NCBI GenBank assembly: GCA_034430615.1
Contig: DAOUEJ010000017.1
Coordinates: 11,079-75,078, forward strand
Origin: Anaerolineales bacterium
Lineage (GTDB): Bacteria > Chloroflexota > Anaerolineae > Anaerolineales > E44-bin32
DNA: 64,000 bases
Reading direction: 5' to 3'
The stretch's first letter is position 1. Each line of letters opens with the position of its first letter. This document shows, piece by piece, positions 28,341 through 38,474 of the stretch. Below the pieces are notes generated by a model. The model was not told the DNA's origin. It saw nothing but the letters and a program-made list of their open reading frames with translations, and searched no databases. Both the position numbers and the translations under genes were made by a program.

Positions 28341-28637
28341 CTACCCTGCGCTATTCAGGAGATCGGTCAACGCCTGAACATGCTCTCCAAACGCTCGCCG
28401 CCCCCGACCGGTCAATCCCAGGTAGGTCTTTGGCTTCCGATCGATGAAAGTTTTCTCCGCAGTCACGTAGCCCGCCTCTTCCAGTTTGCGCAGGTGGGCA
28501 CCGAGGTTCCCGTCGGTCAGCTCAAGCGTGTCGCGCAGATAGGTGAATTCAATAGCCTCGTTGTCCCCCAGGGAGGCAAGTGAGGCCATAATGCGCAGCC
28601 GGACTGGTTGGTGGATGACCGCGTCAAAGTCCGCCAT
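28341..28637 (-). CDS. Winged-helix transcriptional regulator (HTH_34/ArsR-like)
   Basis: IHQPVRLRIM..L...F..L...L.LTDGNL..HL.KLEEAGYV...K.F....PKTY..LT..G..AF..H. Confidence 0.88.
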   Translation of the reverse strand: MADFDAVIHQPVRLRIMASLASLGDNEAIEFTYLRDTLELTDGNLGAHLRKLEEAGYVTAEKTFIDRKPKTYLGLTGRGRRAFGEHVQALTDLLNSAG

Positions 28638-28640
28638 GGG

Positions 28641-29192
28641 TTACTTCCACGCTCGGAGCACATACAGACCGGCGGCAATCAGGCCGCCGCCGCCGGTGAA
28701 AGCCAGCCAGTATCCCAGGTAATCTGGAAGGAGCCGCCAACCCAGCACTGCCAGAACGCTGATTGCCACCCCCATAATCGCCAGCGGTGTACTGGTCCAC
28801 AAACCCAGCATGCTGTATCCCATCGAGATTATAAGTGTCACAAAGAGCAGATATTGGATGCCCTGCAGGGGCCACACGACCCAGGCCAGTAGAGCGCCGT
28901 ATCCAATCAAGAGCACCCAAAAAACGCCCATACGCCAACCATAAGGCGATCGAACGTGTCGAGTGTAGCGCAGGATGGCAAAGGTGCTTCCCAGCACACC
29001 GAAAGCGTCAAGCCCAAGCCACAAATAACCGGAACCCGTATCCAGCACTGCGCTTCCCAGGAAACCAAAGAGCCAGACAATGCCCCAGATCACAAATAAG
29101 TAACCGGTTCCTCCGCGTGCGAGCGCCACGCGTGTGGCTTGCCGGGTTTGCTTGATCATTTCGAGCGACTCATAAGCTTCAGATGGTTCCAT
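28641..29192 (-). CDS. Hypothetical 6-TM membrane protein, first gene of the wHTH/ABC operon
   Basis: Hydrophobic 183 aa; 3 bp from the regulator; directly downstream of the promoter/operator. Confidence 0.75.
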   Translation of the reverse strand: MEPSEAYESLEMIKQTRQATRVALARGGTGYLFVIWGIVWLFGFLGSAVLDTGSGYLWLGLDAFGVLGSTFAILRYTRHVRSPYGWRMGVFWVLLIGYGALLAWVVWPLQGIQYLLFVTLIISMGYSMLGLWTSTPLAIMGVAISVLAVLGWRLLPDYLGYWLAFTGGGGLIAAGLYVLRAWK

Positions 29193-29203
29193 GGTCTCTT
29201 CTC

Positions 29204-29255
29204 CAGAGTACTCTGTATTTTAGAGTACTCTACAACAGTTATTATCATATGTCAA
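29204..29255 (-). promoter_or_regulatory. Promoter with overlapping double-palindrome operator
   Basis: TTGACA (29255-29250)-17 bp-TAGAGT (29232-29227); palindromes CAGAGTACTCTG (29204-29215) and TAGAGTACTCTA (29221-29232). Confidence 0.75.
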
Positions 29256-29334
29256 CCCCCGTACCAAGCCTCGCCAGAAGCTGGAGTACAATCGCCCATA
29301 GCAGCCCATGCTCGCAGACTTCAAGGAGGGTAGG

Positions 29335-30564
29335 ATGCCCGAAGCTGTCATCGTTTCTGCGGTGCGTACCGCGATCGGAGCCCACGGCGGTGTACTTTCC
29401 GCTGTGCGACCAGACGACCTGGCGGCGCTGGTGATCCGGGAGGCGCTCGAACGAGCCTCTGTGCCAGGGGAGGCGGTCGAGGAGGTCTACCTGGGATGCG
29501 CCAACCAGGCAGGTGAGGACAACCGCAACATCGCCCGTATGGCAACCCTCCTGGCGGGCCTGCCGGTCGAGGTTGCTGCCGTGACCTTCAACCGTCTGTG
29601 CTCCTCTGGCCTGCAGGCGATCAACGCGGCCGCACGCGCCATCCGCGTCGGCGAAGGAGACGTTTTCGTCGCCGGCGGCGTGGAGAGCATGTCGCGTGCA
29701 CCGTTCGCAGTCCCCAAACCCGATCAGGCTTACCCCTGGGGCAACGTAACCATGTGGGATACCACGCTCGGCTGGCGTTTCCCCAATCCGGCCCTGAAGG
29801 AAAGTTACGGCAACGACGCGATGGGCGAAACGGCCGAGAACATTCACGACCTGTACCCGGGGATCACACGCGAAAAGCAGGATGCATTCGCGTACGAGAG
29901 CCACCGGCGAGCCGTGGCCGCGATCCAAAGCGGGCTTTTCAAGGACGAGATCGTGCCAGTGACCATCCCCCAGCGTAAAGGTGATCCGATCGTAGTCGAC
30001 ACGGACGAGCGCCCACGGAGCGACACAACTCTGGAAGCGCTTGCTCGCCTAAGACCCGCCTTCCGGGGTGAAGGAACCGTGACGGCCGGGAACGCCTCTG
30101 GCATCAACGACGGGGCTGCGGCGCTGGTTTTGATGTCCGACCTGCGCGCGGCCGAACTCGGTATAAAACCGATGGCGCGGATCATAAGCAGCGCCGCCGC
30201 CGGGGTTGAACCACGCCTGATGGGCCTGGGCCCGGTTTCTGCAACGCAGAAGGCGCTCAAGCGTGCCGGCCTATCGGCCTCCGACCTCGGATTGATCGAG
30301 TTAAATGAAGCCTTCGCCGTCCAGGCCTTGGCTGTGATGGCCGAGCTGGGTTTGCCGCACGAGCTAACGAATGTCAACGGCGGCGCCGTCGCATTGGGCC
30401 ACCCTCTGGGAGCCTCGGGTGCCCGCATCATGGTCACGCTGCTGCATGAGATGGGGCGGCGTGCACCCGATGCCAGGCATCCTTACTACGGACTGGCAAC
30501 GCTGTGCGTTGGCGTCGGCCAAGGTGAGGCGACGGTCATCGAATGGGTTGGCGATCGTTCCTGA
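29335..30564 (+). CDS. Thiolase (acetyl-CoA C-acyltransferase), PaaJ/PcaF-like
   Basis: [35 protein letters not shown]. Confidence 0.92.
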   Translation: MPEAVIVSAVRTAIGAHGGVLSAVRPDDLAALVIREALERASVPGEAVEEVYLGCANQAGEDNRNIARMATLLAGLPVEVAAVTFNRLCSSGLQAINAAARAIRVGEGDVFVAGGVESMSRAPFAVPKPDQAYPWGNVTMWDTTLGWRFPNPALKESYGNDAMGETAENIHDLYPGITREKQDAFAYESHRRAVAAIQSGLFKDEIVPVTIPQRKGDPIVVDTDERPRSDTTLEALARLRPAFRGEGTVTAGNASGINDGAAALVLMSDLRAAELGIKPMARIISSAAAGVEPRLMGLGPVSATQKALKRAGLSASDLGLIELNEAFAVQALAVMAELGLPHELTNVNGGAVALGHPLGASGARIMVTLLHEMGRRAPDARHPYYGLATLCVGVGQGEATVIEWVGDRS

Positions 30565-30648
30565 ACTGCCTGGAGTACTTAAGTCTACGGATCAAGCGCG
30601 TGATATAGTGACGCCAGGGAACCTGGACATGGTGCACTGGATAATCGC

Positions 30649-33600
30649 ATGACCGAGCTTGAAGCACATGAGACGATCTGGGTCTCAGCTCTGAGGGCTG
30701 CCGCTGGGGTGGCGCAGAAGGCAAGCTCGGGCGAGGAAGATGTCCTGCATGCGGTTTCTGATGAATTCAATCGAATTGACTTACGCGGCACGGTTGCGCT
30801 CCTGGATACCGACGGGCAGCTCGTCATCCACTCCCCTGCGCTCTCAGCCTCGATCGTCAAAACCCTAGAACAGATCAGCGGGAGATCGATTTCTGGTTAC
30901 CGCTTCGATCCAAATTCGGTCGATCTCTACCGCGATGTCATGCAAGGAAAGCAAACCCTGCACACCGCGAACCGTTCCAGCGTGGTCCAGCAGATGGTAC
31001 CCAGGGTTCTGGGTCCACTTCTCGGCCAGATCATGAAGATCCTCGGGGACCAACCGGTCATCCTTGCCCCACTGCTGCTTGAGGAGGAAGTGATCGGAAC
31101 CCTGAACGTCGTGGCCGGTTGGCTTACCCCGGCCGATATCCCCATGGTCACAGCGCTAGCCGACCACATCGCCATCGCTCTCGGCCAGGTCCGGGCCAGG
31201 ACTAAACTCGAACGCACACTCGAACTGCAGCGGCTGCGCAACCTTGTCGTTGAGGCGGTTGCCAGCGAACTGACCATTGACGATGTTTTTATGCGGGTGT
31301 TGCAGGTGGCAATGGAGACTCTGGCTGCCGATGCGGCCGCGATCGGCCTGATTAACGCCTCCGGCGGTGCTTCTTCCTATCCATGCATTATCGGTCTGCC
31401 AGAACCGGCCTCGCCAAGTGACGCCGAATCAGATGATCTCATCCAGTTGCTTAGGCGAGACCCAAAACCGATCTTGCGGAAGGAATACAGTGAACTGCTC
31501 GGAGCAAAGCAGGCATGGATAGACACCGGAGTGCACGGAATCCTGGCTGTCCCGTTCACATTCGGCGAACAGGTTATCGGTGGCCTCGGGCTGTTCCGCC
31601 TTTCGTCGCACAATTCCTTTCAACCCGAACAAATCGAGCAAGCACAGGCGATCGCCTCCATGGCTGCGATCGCGGTCCGCAACGCCAGCCTGTTCAACGA
31701 AGCGCAGCAGCGGACTGAAGAGGCTCATACCCTGATCCAGACCGCACGCTCGATTTCCTCCTCGCTCGACACCGACACCGTGCTGCACGAGATCGCCCGT
31801 CAAGCGAACAACCTACTCAACGGGGATGGCAGCCGGATACACCTGATTGACAACGAGGCCGGGGTGCTGCGCTGTGCCGTCGCTTTAGAACCGAACGCCC
31901 AGGCAATCCTCAGTTTTGACCTGCCCCTTGGGCAAGGTTTGACGGGGCATGTCGTCGATAGCGGCGAGCCGCTAATTATCAACGACTCGGTGCAGGATGA
32001 GCGCAGCGTTCAAGTCCCGGGTACTCCGCAGAATGAGGAAGAGTGCCTGGCAATCGTTCCGCTCTCCATCCGCCAGCGTACCCTGGGCGCCATGACGGTG
32101 CGTCGTCTCGGGCTCGATCAGCCATTCACGAGCGCTGAGCTTGACTTATTGCGCGCCTTCGCCGCGCAGGCAGCGGTCTCGATCGAGAATGCCCATCTCT
32201 ACGGTCAAATCGAAGCACAAGCGCAACGTCTTGAGCGTCAGGTCGAGGTGCGCACGGCCGAGCTGGCTCTCTCCGAAGCCCGTTACCGTTCTCTGTTAGA
32301 GACTGCCCAATCTGGCATCTTCCATATCGGCACAGATGGCCGGTTCTTGTACGTCAACGGCACGCTTGCCCGCATGGCTGAGGTTGAACCCGAGGCGATG
32401 ATTGGTATCCACTTTCAAGACACACCTTTCCTGTCCGCAAGTAATATGCGCAACCTTGTGGCTCGTTTCGAAGCGCGTGTCCAGGGTGATGCTCCACCGA
32501 GTGAAGTCTTCGAAACAATCTTTATTTCAACGTCCGGCCGGGAAATTCCTGCGCTCGTGGGTGTGAGCCTCATCGTTGATGAACAGGGCCAACCGCAGGG
32601 TGTGACTGGGGTCATAACTGATATCTCGGATCGGATTACGCTCGAGGAAGAGCTTGAAGCTGAGCGTGATCGGCTCGACGCCATGCTCACGCACATCGGT
32701 GATGCCGTCATGGTTACCGATGATCAGGGGTTGATCCAATTCGTCAACCCTGCCTGGGAGCACTTGAACGGCTACCATGCAGGTGAGGTTTTGGGTAAAT
32801 CTCCGAGCTTTCTGCGCACGGGCGAGCAGGATGACACATTCTACGAAAACATGATGACTACGATCTCGGCCGGTGACATCTTCAAATCCGAACTGGTTAA
32901 TCTGCGTAAGGATGGGACAACCTACGAAGCAGCCATGACGGTTACACCCGTTGTCGGCTCGGAGGGATCAATCGTTAGCTTTGTAACCGTATACCACGAC
33001 ATCAGCGCTCTTAAGGAACTCGATCGATTAAAGTCCCAGTTCGTATCGGATGTATCCCACGAGCTGCGCACCCCGCTCACCAACATCCGCCTCTATCTTG
33101 ACCTACTTAAGCGGGTCCAGGATAAGCAAAAGGTTGCCAGCTATCTAGCAACCCTGTCGCGGGAGAGCGATCGCCTGGCCAACCTGATCGAGGATCTGCT
33201 CTCACTCTCCCGGCTGGACGTAGATGCCGCACCACTTTCCGCACGTCCGGTCGATATCAACGACTTGTTGGACTCACTGGCCAAGGACCGGGCGTCACTT
33301 GCTTCAGAACGACAGCTCAAGCTTGAACTTGAAATTGATCCCGACTTGCCGATGATCGCGGGTGATGAGCGGCTGCTCGGGCAGGTCTTCACCAATCTGC
33401 TGACGAACGCCATGAACTACACTCCCACCGGGGGTCATATTTTCTTACGGTCACGCGTGCACCATGAAGGTCAGCGGGGATGGGTCATCGCCGAGGTTGA
33501 GGATTCTGGTCTCGGGATCCCTAAGGAAGAACAAACCGAGATCTTCAAACGCTTCTTCCGCGGCTCGGCCAGCCGCGAAACCGGTGCTCCGGGTACGGGT

Positions 33601-33750
33601 TTAGGCCTGGCAATCTGCAGCAACATCGCCGAACGCCATGGTGGGCATATACACCTTTATAGCGAGGGCATCCCGGGGCATGGTTCTTGCTTTGCGGTAT
33701 GGCTGCCGGTTGAGGGACCCCTCCCGTCGCCCGAGCCAGGCTTAGTTTAA
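30649..33750 (+). CDS. Cytoplasmic GAF/GAF/GAF-PAS-PAS sensor histidine kinase
   Basis: HELRTPL, NLLTNA, DSGLGI, GTGLGL; PAS signatures (YVN, FVNPAWE..NGY, RKDG); no TM segments seen. Confidence 0.92.
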   Translation: MTELEAHETIWVSALRAAAGVAQKASSGEEDVLHAVSDEFNRIDLRGTVALLDTDGQLVIHSPALSASIVKTLEQISGRSISGYRFDPNSVDLYRDVMQGKQTLHTANRSSVVQQMVPRVLGPLLGQIMKILGDQPVILAPLLLEEEVIGTLNVVAGWLTPADIPMVTALADHIAIALGQVRARTKLERTLELQRLRNLVVEAVASELTIDDVFMRVLQVAMETLAADAAAIGLINASGGASSYPCIIGLPEPASPSDAESDDLIQLLRRDPKPILRKEYSELLGAKQAWIDTGVHGILAVPFTFGEQVIGGLGLFRLSSHNSFQPEQIEQAQAIASMAAIAVRNASLFNEAQQRTEEAHTLIQTARSISSSLDTDTVLHEIARQANNLLNGDGSRIHLIDNEAGVLRCAVALEPNAQAILSFDLPLGQGLTGHVVDSGEPLIINDSVQDERSVQVPGTPQNEEECLAIVPLSIRQRTLGAMTVRRLGLDQPFTSAELDLLRAFAAQAAVSIENAHLYGQIEAQAQRLERQVEVRTAELALSEARYRSLLETAQSGIFHIGTDGRFLYVNGTLARMAEVEPEAMIGIHFQDTPFLSASNMRNLVARFEARVQGDAPPSEVFETIFISTSGREIPALVGVSLIVDEQGQPQGVTGVITDISDRITLEEELEAERDRLDAMLTHIGDAVMVTDDQGLIQFVNPAWEHLNGYHAGEVLGKSPSFLRTGEQDDTFYENMMTTISAGDIFKSELVNLRKDGTTYEAAMTVTPVVGSEGSIVSFVTVYHDISALKELDRLKSQFVSDVSHELRTPLTNIRLYLDLLKRVQDKQKVASYLATLSRESDRLANLIEDLLSLSRLDVDAAPLSARPVDINDLLDSLAKDRASLASERQLKLELEIDPDLPMIAGDERLLGQVFTNLLTNAMNYTPTGGHIFLRSRVHHEGQRGWVIAEVEDSGLGIPKEEQTEIFKRFFRGSASRETGAPGTGLGLAICSNIAERHGGHIHLYSEGIPGHGSCFAVWLPVEGPLPSPEPGLV

Positions 33751-34748
33751 GCCTTTCCCCATCTTACCTGTTCCACCCGAATCGTATCCAACCAGGCCTG
33801 GCGAGCGCCCCGGAATTCAACCCCGATTTCACGCCGTATCTTCTCCGAGCTGTAACGGAATGAGACGTAACTGGAGCGCACAACCTCCGGGGAGATAAAA
33901 GCCGGTTGCCCGATCATGCGCAGCATGGGTGCCATCAAGCCGCCTGTAATCAGCGCCAGGGGCTTGGGCAGCCACAGGAAAGCCCCCTTCCGGCCAAGGG
34001 TTGTGACCCAGGTATCGAGCATCTCACGGTTGGTCATGACCCCACCGGCGATGAAGTAATCCTCACCCGCCTGACCGCGCTCCGCCAGGCTCAACAGTGC
34101 TTGCGCCGTGTCCTCGACATGCACAAACGAAAAGGCGCCATCCGGCCCCCATACAAGGGGTGGGAGCAGCCGGCGCAGATACATGCGGAAGAGGTGGCCG
34201 TAAGGGGAGTGATCGCCTGGCCCGATGACCTGTGCCGGCCGGCCGACGATGATCTCCTGCCCACCCGCCCGTGCACGCTGAATGACCCCGTTAGCCTCAA
34301 TCAAGGTCTGCTCATACCAGCTTCCTGGGGGCGAGATTCGTGTGAAGGATTCATCAGCCAATATTCCCCGAGTGTCCCCCAGCGCAGTCGTGCTCGAAGT
34401 GATGACGATGCGCGCTTCACCGTAGATCCGGGCTGCGGCAAGCGCGTTCTCCAACCCGCCGACGTTCACCTGCCGCATGCGTTCATGTGCCCGGCGGGGG
34501 AGGCCGAGCTCATACCAGCCGGCGCAATGCAGGTAGACGTCAGGGCGAGTGAATTCGAAGGCGGCCTGCAGGGTTTCGATCTGAGTCAGATCGCCCACGA
34601 CAAGTTCAACGCCCTGCGAGCGCAAGTACCGGGCAGGTCCCGAATCTGGATCGCGGACCAGGACGAAGACATCCCATCCCCGGCCAAGTGCATCTGCGCT
34701 CAAGTGCTTCCCGATAAAACCGGTTCCACCCGCGATCAACGCGCGCAT
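33747..34748 (-). CDS. Extended SDR, NAD-dependent epimerase/dehydratase family (atypical active site)
   Basis: GGTGFIG, HCAG, TSST, RP..VIGPGD; YEQTL in place of YxxxK. Confidence 0.85.
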   Translation of the reverse strand: MRALIAGGTGFIGKHLSADALGRGWDVFVLVRDPDSGPARYLRSQGVELVVGDLTQIETLQAAFEFTRPDVYLHCAGWYELGLPRRAHERMRQVNVGGLENALAAARIYGEARIVITSSTTALGDTRGILADESFTRISPPGSWYEQTLIEANGVIQRARAGGQEIIVGRPAQVIGPGDHSPYGHLFRMYLRRLLPPLVWGPDGAFSFVHVEDTAQALLSLAERGQAGEDYFIAGGVMTNREMLDTWVTTLGRKGAFLWLPKPLALITGGLMAPMLRMIGQPAFISPEVVRSSYVSFRYSSEKIRREIGVEFRGARQAWLDTIRVEQVRWGKA

Positions 34749-34805
34749 CGCTCCACCTCACTTCCGATCCGGATCAAGCCGGGAAGAACAAACTCCAGCC
34801 TGGGC

Positions 34806-36899
34806 TCAAGTAAACTGAAAGGTTGAACCCGAACTCGTCTTGGTAACTTCAATACGAGCAGGAAAGGCTTCCTTTAGCTCTTCGATGTGCGTGATGACGA
34901 GGATCAAGTCAAAATCATCCTGGATGCTGTTGATGGCGGAGATTAAATGCTCCCGTCCGCGTGCGTCCTGTGTGCCGAAACCCTCATCGATGAACAGGCT
35001 TCGCAGCTGCGCCCCACTCCGGCGAGCCAGCATACGGGAGAGGGCGATGCGGATCGCGAAATCGATGCGGAAAGCCTCGCCGCCGGAATAGAGTTCGTAC
35101 GGCCGGCTTCCGAGTTCATCCGAGATGATGATATCTAATGCCTCGCGCAGGTCGCCGGTTTTGATCTCACGTTGGGTTTCAATCCGGACATGAAACCGGC
35201 CGTCGGTCATCCTCGCCAGCAGCTCGTTCGCCGAGCGTTCCAGTTCCGGCACGGCCGTCTCGATGATCATGGCTGGGACGCCGCGCTTAGAAAACGCCTC
35301 CCGCAGCTCCTCGAACAACCCCTGGTCGTATGCCCGGCGCTCGCGCTCTACCTGGCACGCCGCACGTTGCTGCTCAAAGGCTTCCAATGCTCCCAGCTTT
35401 TGCCGTGCCCCTCCCACACGTTCATCCGCCAGCCGTTTTTCACGCCTCATCCGTTCCAGATCGGCCTCGGTAATAGCTGCTGCCCGTATGCGTGCCTCGC
35501 TCCCCTTAATCTGTTCTTCCAATGAACCGCGCTGCGCTTCATCGGCCGCCAATTCCTTCTTCCAGCGTTGCTCGCGCTGGATGAGCGCTTTAAGTTGTTC
35601 CGCAGCCTGTTCGGCATATGTCTCAGCTGCCCTGAGCTCACCCAACCTTTTCTCCAGGCCAGCCCGTGCATTCAACTGGTTCTGCAAGTCCTTCCGTTCC
35701 TGCCGCAGCTCCTCCAGCCTGGCCTCCAGCGTGCTGATCTGCTCACGGTTCAGGCGGTACTGCTCTCGCCGCTGATCGATCTCCGCTTCAAGCGCGGTGA
35801 CAAGATCATGACGATGGTCATCGGACAGGCTCTGCCCACACGTTGGGCAAAGCGGCTCACCAGCATCTTGCAGGGTGGCCAGGCGCACCTTCAAGGGCTC
35901 TGTCTCCGGCCCGAGTGCCTGGTTGACGCCTTGCAAGTTGGATGATTCCGCCAGCGCTTGGGCCAGGTCCTCCTCGACAGCCCCAAAGCGTTCCTGGACT
36001 GGGTTGAGATCCTCGAGGGTTTGACGGGCTCCAGAAATTGCCGCCTGCACTGCGCTCAGATCGGAGCGGACGCTCAACGTCTCGCGTTCACCATCGAGTT
36101 CCACCATCTCACGTTCACGGGCGCTTATCCGCCGTGTGAGATCATCGATCTGCCGCTGAAACGAGACCATTTCCATCCGAGCCCCTTCAAGGTCAGCCCA
36201 GCGCCGCTCTGCCTTGGCCAACTGCAGCCCGATCACCTCTGCTTGTTCCGTTGCCGAGGAGAGTTCCTGCTCGTGCTCAGACCGCCGTGCGAGTTCACGT
36301 TCGATCTCCTGCAAGCGGCCATCAAGACGATGGAGGTCGGCTTGTGCCTCGGAAACCCCGGCCCGAGCGCGTTCCTCGTACTTATCCCAGACACCCAAAC
36401 CAAGAATGCTTGCCAGCACCTGCTTTCGCTGTGTAGGTGTCTTTGTCGTGAACGCGTCTGCCTGACCCTGGACCAGGAAGGCGGAATTAGTGAAGGTCTC
36501 GTAATCCAGCCGCAGCAGTTGATCAATTTGAGCCTGGGTAGCGCGCATCGCCGAATCGGACAATCCGCGCCAGGACTCGCTCTCCGGGGACCAAACCTGA
36601 AATTCCAGCAGGGATGTCCCGCGCTTACCCGATTTCCGTTGGCGGATCACGCGGTAGATGGATTCTCCCTGGGCGAAGGTCAGCGCGACCCGCATTTCTT
36701 TCTTGCCCTGGTGGATCAGGTCATCGGGACTGTTGCTGCGGGCGCGGCCCCACAACGCCCAGGTCATGGCATCCAGGAGCGAAGACTTTCCGGCGCCGTT
36801 TTCTCCCGCCAGGCAGGCGACATGCACACCCTCGAAGACAAGCGGTGGCGGATCCTGGTAGGCCAGAAAATTCAGGAGTTCAAGTTCACGCGGGATCAT
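34806..36899 (-). CDS. sbcC: SbcC/Rad50 SMC-family ATPase
   Basis: GENGAGKS, Q-loop QGQ, zinc hook CPTC, YSGGE, FIDEGFG, ITH. Confidence 0.93.
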   Translation of the reverse strand: MIPRELELLNFLAYQDPPPLVFEGVHVACLAGENGAGKSSLLDAMTWALWGRARSNSPDDLIHQGKKEMRVALTFAQGESIYRVIRQRKSGKRGTSLLEFQVWSPESESWRGLSDSAMRATQAQIDQLLRLDYETFTNSAFLVQGQADAFTTKTPTQRKQVLASILGLGVWDKYEERARAGVSEAQADLHRLDGRLQEIERELARRSEHEQELSSATEQAEVIGLQLAKAERRWADLEGARMEMVSFQRQIDDLTRRISAREREMVELDGERETLSVRSDLSAVQAAISGARQTLEDLNPVQERFGAVEEDLAQALAESSNLQGVNQALGPETEPLKVRLATLQDAGEPLCPTCGQSLSDDHRHDLVTALEAEIDQRREQYRLNREQISTLEARLEELRQERKDLQNQLNARAGLEKRLGELRAAETYAEQAAEQLKALIQREQRWKKELAADEAQRGSLEEQIKGSEARIRAAAITEADLERMRREKRLADERVGGARQKLGALEAFEQQRAACQVERERRAYDQGLFEELREAFSKRGVPAMIIETAVPELERSANELLARMTDGRFHVRIETQREIKTGDLREALDIIISDELGSRPYELYSGGEAFRIDFAIRIALSRMLARRSGAQLRSLFIDEGFGTQDARGREHLISAINSIQDDFDLILVITHIEELKEAFPARIEVTKTSSGSTFQFT

Positions 36900-36953
36900 A
36901 TTCGTTGACCCGGCAAAGGTGTTTTTTGGACCATCCAACGCGTTCCAACACGG

Positions 36954-38171
36954 CTAGCCATCCAATAGGCCAGCAGCTTTCTCGAGCAGCGCCTTACGGC
37001 GTTCCTGATCCACATCCCGGCTGATGAAATACCGCTTGAGAAGTTCGAGCGGGGTAAGTTCCTCAGGGGAGAGCTCACCCAAGCGGGAGCGCGCCTCGAT
37101 CTCGAGTTCGCGCGAGATAACATAGCTGGCGGTCGTTCCCAGCGCTGCCTCTATCTCGCGCTCATTAAGCGACGCACTTTGTGGTGGCGAGAGTTTGACC
37201 CGGATCCGAACAACCTGCCCATCTAGAACTCGTTCCGAAATCCTTTCCAGCACCGCTGAAGTCGGGTCGTCGTTGCCACGTACATCGATATCGATCGTTG
37301 TGAACGGGCGCGCATGCACCGGAATGAATTCCCAGCTTGTCGAATTCCGCCTGAGTTCAACCCAGCAGAAACCCTTAGTTTCCTTCTCTTCGCCGAAGTC
37401 GATTCGCTCTAAAGAGCCGCTGTAGACGACCGGCGGGTAACCCTCAGGGTTGAGCACCTGATGCCGGTGGATGTGGCCCAGCGCCACGTAATCCCACGCT
37501 TTGTCGGTCAGCATGGAGGTCAGGAGAGGTAAATCGCGACCCAGCATGACCGAGCGTTCCGAACCGAATTTCGCCCCATCCACCCCGAAGTGCCCAGCCA
37601 GAACCCTGGGGATATCCTGTTTGCGGGCCTGAACTGCCAGCTCCTCCAGTCGATTGGCCACTTCCGCCCGCAGCCCTTTGTTCAGTTCATCGATCGATCT
37701 GCCCTGATACTTCTTCCATGCCATGAGCCGGTTGCGCATCGGGTAAGGCATCCAGGCCAGGAACACGGGGCCTCGGTGCGTCTCCACCACGCGGGCTTCA
37801 TCCCGGTAGCCGACAATGACACCGGGAACATCGAGCGCGCGGAAGATATCCAGGCTGTTGGCCTTGGCGGCCATGCCCGGCATGTCATGATTGCCTACCA
37901 GGAGCAGGGTGGGAACTGCATCGGCCAGCCGCTTGATACGCTGGGCGAATTCTCGCTGCTGAGTTGGTTCCGGGTTGCGGTCCTTGAACGCGTCTCCAGC
38001 GAAGATCGCCAGATCGGCTTCATGTGCGAGGGCGTAATCGATCAGTTCATCCAGCCGGTCGAGGAAATCAGCCACCCGGCTGGATGTGCCTGTTGTCGGA
38101 TCCAGGCTGCCGTAATTCTCCATGCCAACGTGCAGGTCGGCAAAATGGAGCATGCGGATCGCGTCACTCAT
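36954..38171 (-). CDS. sbcD: SbcD/Mre11 nuclease
   Basis: ADLH.G, GD.F, GNHD, AGH, GHIH, YSGS.ERIDFGE. Confidence 0.93.
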   Translation of the reverse strand: MSDAIRMLHFADLHVGMENYGSLDPTTGTSSRVADFLDRLDELIDYALAHEADLAIFAGDAFKDRNPEPTQQREFAQRIKRLADAVPTLLLVGNHDMPGMAAKANSLDIFRALDVPGVIVGYRDEARVVETHRGPVFLAWMPYPMRNRLMAWKKYQGRSIDELNKGLRAEVANRLEELAVQARKQDIPRVLAGHFGVDGAKFGSERSVMLGRDLPLLTSMLTDKAWDYVALGHIHRHQVLNPEGYPPVVYSGSLERIDFGEEKETKGFCWVELRRNSTSWEFIPVHARPFTTIDIDVRGNDDPTSAVLERISERVLDGQVVRIRVKLSPPQSASLNEREIEAALGTTASYVISRELEIEARSRLGELSPEELTPLELLKRYFISRDVDQERRKALLEKAAGLLDG

Positions 38172-38189
38172 GGGGATGGGTTGACACCA

Positions 38190-38474
38190 CTACACAATGG
38201 CTCTCTGCCCAAGACGATCGGTTTTGAGTCGATCATACCCGAGCAGGCTGAGACATAGATATAGCTCACCGCGATGGTGGATCTCCTGCTCGAATACGTG
38301 CCCTAGGACCCAACCCTGCTCCACGTTGATGATATGACGTAGGTTGTCACCGACGCTGCGTTGATAGTGCTCGCTCGGTCTGAACCCCAGATCCTTATCC
38401 TTTAGCATCAATACCGCAAGCATCAGATCACGCCAGACCTTGTTCCAGTGATCAAAGAACTGAGCTGCATTCAT
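38190..38474 (-). pseudogene. DinB/YfiT-family gene with probable internal in-frame deletion
   Basis: N-terminal RSVGD.LRHI..VE.GW joined directly to C-terminal VL.HV.E.EIHHRGE; only 94 aa. Confidence 0.55.

Noticed and set aside
34806-36899. SbcC looks short (697 aa), possibly truncated
   Set aside because: All ATPase motifs are present and the CPTC hook sits near the midpoint with balanced coils, so it is an intact short variant.
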